DNA of 64,000 nt. Source: the human T2T-CHM13v2.0 reference genome, Homo sapiens. The notes under the pieces were generated by a model. The model did no database searches. It was given only the letters and a program-made list of their open reading frames with translations, and was not told the origin of the DNA. The stretch is taken from assembly GCF_009914755.1 (NCBI RefSeq), contig NC_060939.1. One strand, 5' to 3'. Each line of letters opens with the position of its first letter. Within the stretch, counting starts at the first letter, position 1. Below, piece by piece: positions 45,953 to 60,999 of this stretch. The translations under genes were made by a program, and so were the position numbers.

Positions 45953-47717
45953 GAACACTTATACTTTTAAGGTATTTGTACACATACACGAAGCAAAACA
46001 AGAGGCAGGAGGTGCAAACAGCCCCACGAACAAATGGTCCAGGGTGTTTAGGAGAAACCCTGCACCTTGAACCTCTCTTCTCACCCAACCTGCTTTCCAG
46101 ACCTTCCTTCCCTCCTGGCTAAATGCCCTGTAGAAGCACTAATGTGTCTATGTGCCTCTGGAAGCCAGGCTTTCCCTGGAAGCACAGCTGTAGTAGCTGA
46201 CTACTCATAAGACCCTAACTATGCTGATGTTGATGGAAAGGGCTGAATTCTTTGAAGCCTCATGGTGGAAATTTAAAGAAAATAATGTGAGAGCGTCACA
46301 GACAACTGCACATTCACCACCACAAATGGTGCCATCCCAGAGACAAATATGTAATAGTTCAGAACTTGGGAAAATGGCCCAGGATCGAGCCATGCTAAGA
46401 ATGGGAGCAATTTGGCTGATACATGGCTGCCCTGTGCTCCAGCAGGGGAAAAAAAAGGTTCTAATTACCCAGCCGCAATCCTGTATTTAGATGTAAAAGG
46501 GAGGAAATAGCTGAGCTCTGTTCTAGTCACAGATATGCCAAACGGGTCAAGAGAAAAGCCTTCTGCCCAGACCACTGCTGAGCCCACGGCTGGCCTGGGC
46601 CCAGGCTACTCAGCCGATGAGCTTCAGATGGACCTCCAGAAGGCCACAGCGGCCCCACTTTATCCTCTGCCTATTTTGCCAGGACATCAGCCTCAGACAA
46701 TTTCCTCCTCAAAGTTTCTTCACTCTCTTTGGTGTTCTGTTTCATGCAAATCTGTTGGGGATGGGAGGAATTAAGGACAGCGAGATCAAATGACAACCCC
46801 TGCCTCCTCAGTGATTAAAAAAAATCAGAGCTCACCCATATGGCAGCGGCATTTCTGACCTGGTCCAGCATTCCTCCCTCACCCTGTGCTTTCTGAAACT
46901 CTCATGCATCTTCCGAATGTCACCTGCTGCCATGAGGTCAGCATGGACGAGGGTCAGCGTGGATCTCCAGTTCTACTAGGCTGCCAAAGTAGCAGAGACA
47001 AGCTTCAATTCGAAGATATTTACGACCTGACAAATACCCCATCTCAAGAACTTACAGAAACCTCAGCATGGACAGCCTGGAGTGAAAGGATGCTTACTTC
47101 CTAGGAAGGGCATTTCTGCTTGGGAAATGCTCAGCTGTGCCTCAGTTTCCCTTAGTCTTCCTCTGAGCTGCAGGTAATTGAGACTGAGAGGCTTTCCACA
47201 CTTCCCAGAAGGGGCAGACTTGATGGTGCTTCCTATCTCCACGCAAGAGCAACTATTGTGGATCCTCACCTCCGACAGTGCTGATGGAAACACCCACAAC
47301 TGCTCGCAGCGGGTCTGGGCTTTCCTAGTCAATCATTTTACTTTCAGGGCGTAGAGGTAGGAGAATGAAACAGATTGCACAGCACTGGTGAAAAGAAAAG
47401 GAGAAATTCAGGGAGGAGGAATGAGGGATCCTCTTTCTTGTGTGTGGGTGTTAGCTTGCCTCCCAACCACACTGACACTTGCTGTGCCATTGATTTGACT
47501 TTTCTCCTATCTTAACAATAACAAATCATTAAAAAATCAGTTTATCAAAATATAAAATGGAAATACATGTGCTTGTGGTATTTTCCCCTTCCCACAGCCT
47601 AGCAAAGCAAATCCCATCTCTGGTCACTGTCCCCCTGCCCTTCCTTCCTTGGGAGCTCCTGGGTCTGCCATCTTGGTTCCTGAGCTTCTTCTCTTCTGAC
47701 AAAACATGATTCTGCTT

Positions 47718-47921
47718 GGGTTCATGTTATTCTCCTGCCTCAGCCTCCCGAGTAGCTGGGACTACAGGCGCCCGCCACCAGGCCTGGCTAATTTTTTGTA
47801 TTTTTAGTAGAGACGGGATTTCACCGTGTTAGCCAGGATGGTCTGGATCTCCTGACCTGGTGATCCGCCCACCTTGGCCTCCCAAAGTGCTGAGATTACA
47901 GGCATGAGCCACCAGGCCTGG
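47718..47921 (-). mobile_element. AluY-like lacking its 3' end and tail
   Basis: CACCGTGTTAGCCAGGATGG; starts mid right arm. Confidence 0.85.
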
Positions 47922-48110
47922 CAAAGCTGATTTATTAAATACTTAATTGCATTTAGAAAGGAGCAGGAAAATTGTTTATAGGGGAAAAAGAAGAGATTGA
48001 GAGTGGGAGTGGGAAGAGAAGGGAGGGAGTGACAGGCCAACCGGAGTTGGGTTCAGAGAGAGTTTCTCTTTTGTGCTGAGGTGAGAAATTGAGAACAAAA
48101 GAGAGGCACT

Positions 48111-48156
48111 GTTTTTTTTTTTAGACGGAGTCTCGCTCTGTCACCCAGGCTGGAGG
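48111..48156 (-). mobile_element. Mini Alu (3'-most about 35 nt plus tail)
   Basis: T11-AGACGGAGTCTCGCTCTGTCACCCAGGCTGGAG between 13-bp TSDs AAAGAGAGGCACT. Confidence 0.9.
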
Positions 48157-48609
48157 AAAGAGAGGCACTTTAAGGTGGCTTTGGGATGTAAGAGTCGTGA
48201 AGAGCCACCGTAGTAGGAAAACAGGATGTATGGGTTGTGAACCTCTCCTTCAACAGTCTGTGAGGGTTCTCAGTAAAGATGTGGAAAGAAAACTCAACCC
48301 CTGACCAATAACGCTCATCAAAAGCCACCTCCAGAAAAATCTTTAAAATGATCTCCTGGCAACCTCCCATGTCTCTGAATTCCCAGTAGGTTAAGTCCCA
48401 TCTCAGTCCCTAGAGTATAATAATCTCTTCAAAAGTGACCCACGGCCTTGTGGCATTGGGCTGGGGCTGGGTTGAGCAAGGAGGCCTGCTGCCTGCATGC
48501 TCCACCAGTTCCTCATGGCCTGGGTAACACATCCAGGAGAGCTGAGCCTCCAGAAAGTGTGTCCTCAGTGAGCTTTGGAACCACTGTTAGGCAGATCAGG
48601 AATAAGAGC

Positions 48610-48830
48610 AACAACAGTAATAATAAAGGGCGCTTATGATGTGCTAGGCATTGGGCTAAAGGCTTTACTCTCAGATCTCAGTCCTTACAAAAGCCTGGAG
48701 GCAGGGATATTATCTCCTCTTACAATGAGGAAATTAGGGCTCAGAGATGTTGAGTGGCTTGTCCAAGTTCACCCAGCTTGTAGATGGTGACATCAGGATT
48801 CAGACATTGAACTCTCTGACTCTAGTTTCC
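48610..48830 (-). mobile_element. MIR
   Basis: TTACAATGAGGAAATTAGGGCTCAGAGATGTTGAGTGGCTTGTCCAAGTTCACCCAGC. Confidence 0.8.
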
Positions 48831-48925
48831 AATTCCTTATTCATTTTGACACAGGAGCACACCCATCCCATATCTGTTTCTTGGTGTGACAGAGGAGGAG
48901 GCCCAGGCACACGCAGATTAAATCA

Positions 48926-49380
<455 letters not shown>

Positions 49381-49826
49381 CTATGACTGCTCTTTATGAC
49401 CAAGTGGAGATTGTTAGGAGAGCACAGAAAAGAGGCTAGAGGAAGTGAGGAACTCAGAGACAGTAGAGAAAGCAGGCAGAGGATGGAAGCTGTCCTAAGT
49501 GATCAGATCCCAACCCAGCCACGCCTGGCCCCTGACTGTTTCAGGACCTGCTGTGAGAGCTCCTGAAGCTGCTGTCCTCAGGAAGTGTCACCTGAACAAA
49601 TTGGCCACCAGGGAACATTACTGAAAGAGCTTGCCCAAACAGATCAATATTTAATTTCTAATGAGCAATTTTCAATTAGATCCTTGATTTGACTGATGTC
49701 TGATCATTCGCCTGTAACCACTGCAGGTCTTTTGCTCCCCTCGGTGGCCAAAATGCAGCAGATGATACAGCCATGATAACCTGAGTGTTCTATCCCATAG
49801 TCTCAGCCAAATCGAAAGGCTTAGGG

Positions 49827-50035
49827 CAGTGGTTCTAAACGCGGGTGAGTTTGCCCTCAAGGGGATGTTGCACAGTGTCTGGGGATATTTTTGTTTGGCA
49901 CAGCCAAGGGGTGTTACTGGCACACAGCGAGTAGAGTTCAGGGATGCCACCAAACATCCTACAATGCACAGGACAGCCCCACAACAAAGAATTATCACCC
50001 CGAAATGTCCACAGTGCTGAGGTTGAGAGGCACCG
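49827..50035 (+). mobile_element. MER20 (hAT-Charlie)
   Basis: CAGTGGTTCT...AAACATCCTACAATGCACAGGACAGCCCC...AGTGCTGAGGTTGAGA; 8-bp TSD (G/C)CTTAGGG. Confidence 0.9.
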
Positions 50036-50198
50036 CCTTAGGGCCTCCTCTGTTTGTCAATCACAGTTACCTCGGTGATCGTCTCCCTGATCGTCTCCAA
50101 CCAAACGCACTCTTAGAAGCATCCCCGCTCAGGCCACACCCACACTCACATGCTCACATGCACACACGCCCCTTCACAGCATTCATCACCTACAATAA

Positions 50199-50567
<369 letters not shown>

Positions 50568-50664
50568 AAACCCTGCAGCTGTTTAAGGCCCTACAACCCC
50601 TGGGCCCACATGCTTTCCAACATTTTCCCCCATTTCACTCCACTCTCTGAACTGCTGTCCCTAC

Positions 50665-50830
50665 CCTGGTGACTCTCAAACTGGAGCATGCAAGAGAACC
50701 ACCAGGAGGATTTGCGAAAAAGGCAGGTTGCTGGGCTCCATCCCCAGAGTTTTTTGATTCAGCCCAATTTGCATTTCTTCAGACGATGCTGAGGCCACTG
50801 GTCTGGGGACCAGACTTTCAGAATGGCCAT
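50665..50830. mobile_element. MER5A relic
   Basis: CTCTCAAACTGGAGCATGCA..AGAACCACC...TTTGCATTTCT...GGGACCAGACTTTCAGAA. Confidence 0.65.
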
Positions 50831-50968
50831 CCCACAATAACTTGCCCTCTTCACCTCTGATCTTGGCCCCCAGCTGCTGCTCCTGCCTAGAGTACCTTTG
50901 TGCTCACATCTGAGTTCCATCTTTGGGGTCTGATTCTAGTGCCACCTCCTCCACTAGGTTGTCTCTGA

Positions 50969-51382
<414 letters not shown>

Positions 51383-51404
51383 TGACAATTATTTTAAATC
51401 ATGC

Positions 51405-51860
51405 TTTACCAATCAGGCACACACACGAGGAGGATCTGGAGAGGGTTTAATGACAGGGACTATTTACAAAGGTGTGGGCAGAATTAAGGGACATTAACCA
51501 GGATGACGAAGCACCCCAGAGCTGTTAGAAGTCAAAGCTACCCTGAGGACTAGGGACAAGAAGGAGCAGGCACTAGAACCAGGAGAGGGTCACCTGACTG
51601 GAGCTGTGGCCTTGGGAAAAGAAACACAGAGGTTGCCAGGTGACAGCCTTGCAGGTAGGGAGCTGGGGGAATAACCACCCTGGCCTCGCTCTCCTCCTGC
51701 CCTCTGATGTACTGTGGGTGCCTCCCACTGGCTGAGCCCAAGAAAACAGAGGGTAGAGAAACCTCATGATGCTGCCCACACAGGCCAGCCTCCTGGGGCT
51801 CAGAGCAGGTAGAGAAGGGCACAGAGAGATCTTGTGGGGCAAACAAGGTGTCCCCAGCGC
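51405..51860. mobile_element. Old ERVL-class LTR relic (LTR33/LTR16-like)
   Basis: TTTAATGACAGGGACTATTTACAAAGGTGTGGGCAG...GAAGCACCCCAGAGCT motif recalled from ERVL LTRs. Confidence 0.45.
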
Positions 51861-52438
51861 CCCACCTTCCTCCCTACTACCCAATCCTAGAGCACAGCTA
51901 TGTCAGAATTGCCCCCGAATCCATGACAAGCCCAGGACCTTGTATCATATAACAGATTATTAATAAATATTTGAGGAATGAATCATTTATCATTAGCTGG
52001 TGTGCATGTCTGCTGATGAATTTTCAGACATTTTGTGGAATTCGGTCACTCAGAATATTCTAAGAATGTTCCCAGCACTACAGGAAAACCTGCCAGCCAA
52101 GGCCCCATGACATGGCTGGGAAAACCAGCTTGTCATATTTCCCAACTCCAAACACCAATTTCTCACTTATCTATCACTTTGTCGTTCAAAACAAACAATA
52201 GAAAGTAAGGAACAGTGATTTTCTCAGCTTTCAAGCAATCAAAGAAAACACCAAGGAAAGGAATCAACAACAGGAGTATCAATTTTTTATAAGTGAAATA
52301 TAACCAAACTGAAATGAAAGGGGGAACAGTGAAACTGAAGTACTGGGAAGTTAAGCAAATTGCGCAGGTTCTTCTATCCAGAATTTAAATCCAGATCTGC
52401 TTAGTCAAATCCAATTCTCACTAGAAAATAGATAGTTA

Positions 52439-52746
<308 letters not shown>

Positions 52747-53379
52747 TCAAAACACGAATCACCGTAAAAACTCAGATTCAATGACTGTACAAGTGCCATT
52801 TTAACCTACAAAATGAGCAAAGCACTTTTTAATAAGTATTATGAGGAACTTCCACTGCTGAGGAGGCACTGGTGAAAGGTGTACTCCCATAGCTGGCGCC
52901 ATGAAGGATGCTTTCATATACATGACTCAGAAGCACCTAGGAGTGGCTTCCTCCAAAGGATTGGAGTGAGGGTGGGGTACAGCATCCATCAGCTGACTGG
53001 GTTTATCAGAGACGGGATACAGTTCTGTTGAAGACTTGGGACTGTGTGCCTCAGGGTCTAGAGCCCAGACAGAGGGCACTGCTGCATTCAGAGCTGTTTC
53101 CTTTCCCAGAAGTCTCGCTTCATCTGCTCCCAAGCCAGGCTTTCACTGACCTGGCCATGGCTGGTCCCAGGAGTGACAGACATTGAGCAGGTGGAGTGAG
53201 GTAGCAGGGGTGGAGGAGCCACCTTGAGAGCATTACACCCCACCACAGGCTGGAGAAGTTCCCTGCCAGGAATGCCAGGCACTGCAAGGGGTCTCTAACC
53301 TTCCCCATCTGGACTTCTGGAAGCAACACAGGGGCTGAGTACATTCACTCCCTCTCTGTTATCTCCCTGCTTGATGCTG

Positions 53380-53409
53380 CCTCTTTTTCTTTCTTTCTTT
53401 TCTTTCTTC

Positions 53410-53460
<51 letters not shown>

Positions 53461-53722
53461 TTCTTTCTTTCTTTCTTTCTTTCTTTTCTTTCTTTTCTTT
53501 CTTTCTTTCTTTTCTTTCTTTTTTCTTTTCTTTCTTTCTTTTCTTTCTTTCTTTCTTTTTCTTTTTCTTTCTCTCTTTCTTTCCTTCCTTCCTTCCTTCC
53601 TTCCTTCCTTCCTTCCTTCCTTCCTTCCTTTCCTTCCTTTCCTCCCTCCCTCCCTCCCTCCCTCCCTTCCTCCCTTCCTTCCTTCGTTCCTTCCTTCCTT
53701 CCTTTCCTTCTTGCTTTCTTGC

Positions 53723-53726
<4 letters not shown>
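53380..53726. repeat. About 345-bp compound (TTTC)n/(TTCC)n/(TCCC)n tract (expanded Alu tail)
   Basis: Read directly; contiguous with the antisense Alu 3' end. Confidence 0.95.
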
Positions 53727-54011
<285 letters not shown>

Positions 54012-54029
54012 TGTGTCACCCCTTTATTC

Positions 54030-54540
54030 AGCAGACTACAGTCCTGTGTTTCAATCCCACCTCTGCCACTTTCACTCTATTTGGTCTCAGGCAGGTCACT
54101 TAAACTCTCATCTCCCTCCTCTGCAAACATGAGTACCTGCCTCACAGTTCTTTTTTTTTTTTTTTTTTTTTTTGAGGTGGAGTCTCGCTATGTCGCCCAG
54201 GCTGGAGTGCATGGTACGATCTCAGCTAACTACAACATCCATCTCCCGGGTTTAAGTGATTCTCCTCCCTCAGCCTCCCGAGTAGCTGGGACTACAGGCA
54301 TGTGCCACCATGCCCGGCTAATTTTTGTATTTTTAGGAGAGACGGGGTTTCACCATGTTGGCCAGGCTGGTCTCAAACTCCTGACCTCAGGTGATCCACC
54401 CGCCTTGGCCTCCCAAAGTGCTGGGATTACAGGTGTGAGCCACCGCACCTGGCCCTGCCTCACAGTTCTATCATGAAACAACATACATGAAGTGTATAGC
54501 AAGGGCCTAACACATTACAGGGACTTCATAAGTATGAGTT
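54030..54540 (+). mobile_element. MIR split by an Alu
   Basis: TTCAATCCCACCTCTGCCACTT...GGTCACTTAAACTCTC...TACCTGCCTCACAG; resumes after the Alu. Confidence 0.6.
54152..54454 (-). mobile_element. AluSx-like
   Basis: Perfect 15-bp TSD CTGCCTCACAGTTCT. Confidence 0.93.
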
Positions 54541-54730
54541 TCCTCTCCCACCCCGTCCTTATTTTTATCCTGTCAACAAATTAGGGCGAAAGCACCTCTG
54601 TAGGTCTTCATTTTACGTGATAAGGCCCACCTTTTTGGGTCTTTAACTTCCCTCACATTTTTCTGATAGGGCCAAGTGGCTGTTGCTGGCAGCTGCTTCC
54701 AGCTCATGAAGTCAGCCAGGGGCCAGGCAG

Positions 54731-54763
54731 GGCAGTACGGCAGGGCTCCACCAGAGGGGAGCA
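54731..54763 (+). promoter_or_regulatory. Candidate CTCF site with upstream module
   Basis: GGCAGTACG-n-CCACCAGAGGGGAGCA; one mismatch at the conserved C of the core. Confidence 0.35.
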
Positions 54764-55377
54764 GAGAGCTGGGGCTGGGGCTGGGGCTGCGCAGGTGAAC
54801 CTCAGCGGCAGAAAGGAGGCAGATGTGGCACATGGGCTGGGGGAGATCTCCGGGCTCTATCATTAGAGGCTGAAGGTTTGGGGGTGTGGACTGGTGTCAC
54901 TCAACTGAGGACCCCAGAGGCAAAGTCTTACATGAGGGTGAGTCTTGAGTTAAACAGGAAGTATTCCAGAGAGTCTAGGAGAAACCTTCTTTAGACAAGG
55001 GAATGATCACAATAGCTGCTATTGATTGAACGCTTTGCTCTAGTAAGGATACGATCTTGGGGGATCTTAAGTCAGTATATTTTTATCCAGGGTGATGGCT
55101 AGTGCCAAGCCGAGTAGGCCCCAGCCCTAAAGTTCTTCTAGAATGTAGAGAAGACACCCTAGCAGTCAAGGGGATTGCAGCCTAGGGAAGGGAAGGGAAG
55201 GGCATTGAGTAAGAGGAGATTCTCCCAGACGGGAAGGAGAAGTAGAAATCCTGCTATTTCCCTTTGATGGACCATGGAAGGGAGAGGGACAGAGGAGGAG
55301 AAGCAATGGCTGAGACACAGGCATCGTGGCTTCCTCAGCCAAAGTCCCAGGATGTGGTGGGGTGGGGTGAGGATGTC

Positions 55378-55675
<298 letters not shown>

Positions 55676-56129
55676 TAGGATGTCTTGAGGTGACGCCACC
55701 AGTGGAGGGGCTTGTGCATGTCATCTGGGCTGGGACTCTGGGTACAGACCCCCTTGTATGGAGCTGCCATGTTTACACGGAGCAGCCAGAATCAAATGGA
55801 GACCCGACCCAGTGGGGTGGAGAGGTCTGGGTTAGAGCTCCACAGCTTTCCCTTGGCATGGAAAGGGCCAGAAGAGCCAGTGGAAGGGACCTGCCATGCT
55901 AAGGGGCGAGGTGACCCCATGATGAAGGCCACAGAGTGTTTAACTTAGTAAGGGTCAGGTGGAGGGTGCATCTGAAGCTCAGAAGGCCGAGCAGAGCAGT
56001 GAGGAGCTGGGATGGGGCAAGTCGGCAAGGGAAGAAGACAAATTTCAGGTTCATCTCCATACTCCGGGAGAGAAAAGCCAGAAGTAGCCCATGGACCAGG
56101 CGTCTCTGCCTCTACCTCCTGCACCTTCT

Positions 56130-56535
56130 CCAGTTCCAGCCACTCCCGTTCCCCCTTCACTGCAGCCACACCAGACTCCAGCCCTCAGTGCTGCCTTGCT
56201 GCCTTTGGCCACAGGCCTCTGCACCTCCCTTCTCTCCTCCTGTCACACTCAGCTTCCTAGATCTTCTTGGCTTGGTCATTTTCCTCTCTCTCATACTCTC
56301 TTTTATAATGCTACTCATTTTCTTTGGTTGTAACTTCTGCATTTATCTTTGCAGTTCTTTAACACCTGCTTCCTTGATAAGATTTTAAGCTCCACAGGGG
56401 CAGGGGCTGTGCCTGTTTTCTCTTATCATTGTGTGCCCAGCCCCCAGCACAGACACTGGCAAGCTGTAGATCCTCAATCAGTATTTGTTGAATGACTGGA
56501 TAAATAAGTAGCGGAATAAATGAATGGATGAATGA
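56130..56535 (+). mobile_element. L2 3' end
   Basis: CAGCCACACCAGACTCC...TAAGCTCCACAGGGGCAGGGGCTGTGCCTGTTT...CAATCAGTATTTGTTGAATGA. Confidence 0.75.
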
Positions 56536-56856
56536 TCTGTGACAGTTTCTTTGCAGGGCAACGAATTCTCCATTCATTTTCAGATATGCGTCTAGCACCG
56601 AAGGTTGGGGAGGCCGGAACAGTAATGGTGCAGGCTCCAGCCCTCACAGAAGAGAGCTGGTCTTTCCCCATGTCATGCTTGTTCTGCCTTTACCTCAAAG
56701 TTAGGGCAGCATTTACTTTTTCAGATAAAGAAACAGGATTTCCAGGGTCTTTGAGTTTTGTTTTTACTTTTCATTATGAACATTTTCAGCATACAGGAAA
56801 AGTAAGGAGAACCGTATAATATCCTTTGGAGAGGATGTATTTTAAAATAAATTATC

Positions 56857-57186
<330 letters not shown>

Positions 57187-57247
57187 TTACCCCCAAATAC
57201 TTCAATTTGTACCTCTAAAAAATAAGCATACTTCCCTACTCCACTAA

Positions 57248-57603
<356 letters not shown>

Positions 57604-57622
57604 CAATTTTCTTAATATTATC

Positions 57623-57989
57623 TATCTTGGCTTGTTTGTGCTGCTATAACAAAATACCTGAGACTAGGTAATTTATGAAGAACAAACATTTATTTTCTCA
57701 TAGCTCTGGAGGCTGGGAAGTCCAAGATCAAGGTGCCAGCAGGTTTGTGTCTGGTGAGGGCTGCTGTCTGCTTCCAAGTCCTCTGGAGTGGTGGAACGCT
57801 GCATCCTAACACAGCAGAAGGCTGAAGGGCAAAAGGGATAAACTCTCTCCATCAGACTCCTTTATAGGGGCACCTACTCCCATTCATGACTCAACCATCT
57901 CCTAAAGGCCACATCTCTTACTACTGTTGCATTGGGGATTATGTTTCAACATCAATTTTAGGGGAGACAAAAACATTCAAACCATAGTA
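57623..57989 (-). mobile_element. MST-type (MSTC/D-like) MaLR solo LTR
   Basis: GTGCTGCTATAACAAAATACCTGAGACTAGGTAATTTAT...GGCTGGGAAGTCCAAGATCAAGG...AACATTCAAACCATAG; 5-bp TSD TTATC/TCATC. Confidence 0.85.
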
Positions 57990-59229
57990 TCATCTAATAC
58001 TCAGGCCCTATTCACATTTCCCCAGTGGTGTCTAAAATGTCTTCTCCAGTTGGTTTCCTGGATGCAGGATCCAATCAACATTCTCACCCAGAGCAGCGCA
58101 TTTTAAAAACCATCTCAAATGTCTTAATTCAGACCATATGTTTCCCAATGTAGAACACAGAGAGAACCAGACGTCTCCCATTTACATTTCAGCAGCCTCA
58201 GTCCTTTTTCAAAACTGCCTTGTGCGGTGCGGTGAGCAGGTCCAGGAATGAACGGCCACAAAGCCTAGATATGCAGTGACGCACGGCTCTGCAGACCCTC
58301 CAGGCGCCCAAGGCAGCCACACAGAGCAGGCGACATGCAGCCACACTGCAGAGGAGCAGAGAGATGAGCCACAAAGAAAGTATTTTCTCCTTCTACATTT
58401 CCGTCCGGGAGACCTCACCACTATTCTAGATGGCGCTGCCCCCAAGCAGGGCCCAAGAGGCAACAGTGTGAGTCCAACCCTTGGAAAGCCATCCACTTGA
58501 GGGATAAAGTCCCTTCTCCATCCAGCTTTTAGTCTTCAGGCAGCTCTGCAGGCTCAGCCCTGCCCGGCCTTCTTGCTGGAGGCCTGGGGCCAGGCAGAGA
58601 GGGCTGCAGACACAGGCAGGTGCCACCATAATGTTCTGGTGTCGGGGTTGGAGCTGTTCATGACTAGCTGTGCCAGGAAAGTTTTTTGTTTTTTAACTTG
58701 ATGGAAATGTTGTGGTTTTCACATTGTCTTGGGACAAACAGGAGCTTGGTTTACAGTCCCGAAGTATGTATCTGCTGAATTGTCCTTTAGTTGATTCTCT
58801 CGGGTTTCCAAGTTATGCCTTTTCCCCTTGGGCAGCCGAGGGAGCACAGCTTCTCCACTCAGCCCCTCTTTGGTTTGCTTGCCTCCACTGTCAGGAAATT
58901 CCACCTTAAGTACCCTAACCCTCTCCCTGTGATGATGGGGTTTGGACAGACTGATGGGCATAGGACTCTTCCCAGTCGCTCCCTGTGCTCCAGAAAAGCT
59001 GAAGGCAGACTGGAAACATATTAAATACCTGCAGGAGCCCCACTCACCAGGTGAGCACAGAGGCGGCCATTCACAAGGCCACGATTCCACTTCTGCCTTG
59101 GGCCGTGGTTACCATTAGGCACAGCCCCCCAGCACCTCCATGCCCTTCAGGACAGAGCACCAGGAAGCCTGTGGGAATCAAACAGGATGGGAAAGCCTCT
59201 CTGCCCCCTCCTCCCACCCCATTTAGATC

Positions 59230-59376
59230 CAGATACTTCCTCGTCACAGGGGGCCTGTCCTGTGCATTGCAGGATGTTTAGTAGCTCCTCAGACTGTACC
59301 CACTGGATGCCAGTGTATTTCCAGACATTGCCAAATGTCCCTGGGGGACAAAATCATCACCAGCTGAGTGCTCCTG
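59230..59376 (-). mobile_element. MER20 partial
   Basis: CTGTCCTGTGCATTGCAGGATGTTTAG...CCAGACATTGCCAAATGTCCCTGGGGG. Confidence 0.8.
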
Positions 59377-60219
59377 TCCTGAGTCTTAAACAAAGGACCC
59401 ATTTGTAAAGCCAGGAAAGTTCCAGGACCACTCACACCAGCTGAGTGGAGCAGTGTGGGGAGAACCTCAAGCCAGGCATTCTCAGTGTCTTGTTCTGAGG
59501 AAGGGAAATGCAGAGCAGCTGCCAGGCCAGGTCTGTCTTTAGCCCTCTGCTTCCCTCTATTCACATAGGGGAAGCTGTACCAGAGCCCTGGCTTATGATC
59601 TGAAGGAAACAATACTGTCACTGAGATAGGATTGATGGGGCATTTTCCTCCTGGAAGTGCTGATCCATGAATCATTTCCAAGCAAACCACCCATGGCATC
59701 CCCATTCCCTCTACTCTCTCCTCCTCCCTTCTTTCTTATATCCTACCACCCCCAGCTGACATCTAGCCTAGGCCTCTAACTCTGTCCACCCCTGGGCTTG
59801 ACCCCACACTGGACAGCTTCTCTGGCCACAGCTAGAATAGCCATGAGTTGCACCTGCGGGCCCTCCCACCACACTTACTGCTCTGTCACCTCCTTCTCAT
59901 TTCCCCAGAGGGGCTGCAGTGGGGTGAGAGCCCTGCATTAGAAAGCCAAAGGGCCTGGGTCTGAATCTGAACTTTACCAATCACCGGGCAGGAAATTCAA
60001 GTCATGCATGTAAACCCCTTAGCACAGTGCCCGGCACACAGAGCAGTTCTTACGTGTCAGAATGGGTTTCTCTCCCTCCTCCTTCCCTCTTCATCTATCT
60101 GGGATAGTGAGGCAGCCCCTTCCTTAAGGGGCACAGGAAGTACCCGCAGGATTGTGAACCTGGTTATGTCTGCAAATGCCACCCCAAGGCCACTTTCCTC
60201 CTCTCCCCAACCATTGCAG

Positions 60220-60434
60220 GATCCACAGCAGGCTGCATTAGGGGTTCCAGATGCAGCCAAGGACGGAGAGCCTACTCAGGAGGAGGAAGGAGTGAGAATA
60301 AAAGGACGTGGGTCTGAGGGGACCAGGGAAAAGACACAGAAGTCAAGAGAAGCGGTTCTTCTGATCAACCCGCTGGAGGAGAAGGGAGATGGTGCTGGTG
60401 GCCTTGAGAATCAAGGGCTGAGAACCCAGGCTTG
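60220..60434 (+). other. Candidate exon (215 bp)
   Basis: Acceptor CTTTCCTCCTCTCCCCAACCATTGCAG|; donor TTG|GTAAGT; purine-rich body; one frame open throughout. Confidence 0.4.
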
Positions 60435-60643
60435 GTAAGTGTGAGCACCTGAGGAGGAGAAGCCCCTGGAATAGGGGGAGGGGCCACAACACTCCAAGCC
60501 TCCCCCATGGACTCCATATCAGGGGTTAGACTGGATGACTCAAAATGGACCATTTTATACACTCTTCCCATCTTCTGTGGGTACAAGAATGGCCTTGGAG
60601 GAAGCCCTGTTGGGGCTTAGACCATATTCCCTATCCCTTCCAG

Positions 60644-60830
60644 CATGATGCTGGTGGGTAATACCCTGGGTATCAGAAATGGGGAGCAGTTGATTATTAT
60701 TCTCACTGAGGTGAAAGTGCAGGATCTCCCAGAGGAGGTCAACATTCTCCAAAGATTAGCCCTCCTTTTGTGCCTTCTTCTTGCCTCTCCCAGTCCCTCC
60801 TGCCACCAAACCTGCTTTCCACCTCACTGA
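60644..60830 (+). other. Candidate downstream exon, in frame with 60220-60434
   Basis: Acceptor TTCCCTATCCCTTCCAG|C; the junction TG+C keeps the frame into ORF 60645-60830. Confidence 0.25.
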
Positions 60831-60999
60831 GAACATCCCGCCTTCTTGGTTCTCTGGCTTCTCCGGCCCCTCATGGCCTTATGCCTTCCTCGCTACCTGG
60901 GCCTCAACAAGCAGCCTAGACTCACTTGCCACCTCCCGCCCCACACCCTGGCTTCTATGACCACCCTGTCATCTCTGGCCTCACCCTCAGCTCCACCTG

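Noticed and set aside
47062-47078. TCAGCATGGACAGC REST/RE1-like motif
   Set aside because: Three nucleotides are missing between the half-sites relative to canonical RE1
47718-48156. Tail-less Alu and nearby mini-Alu as one rearranged element
   Set aside because: The order is wrong for a single minus-strand Alu, and the mini-Alu has its own TSDs
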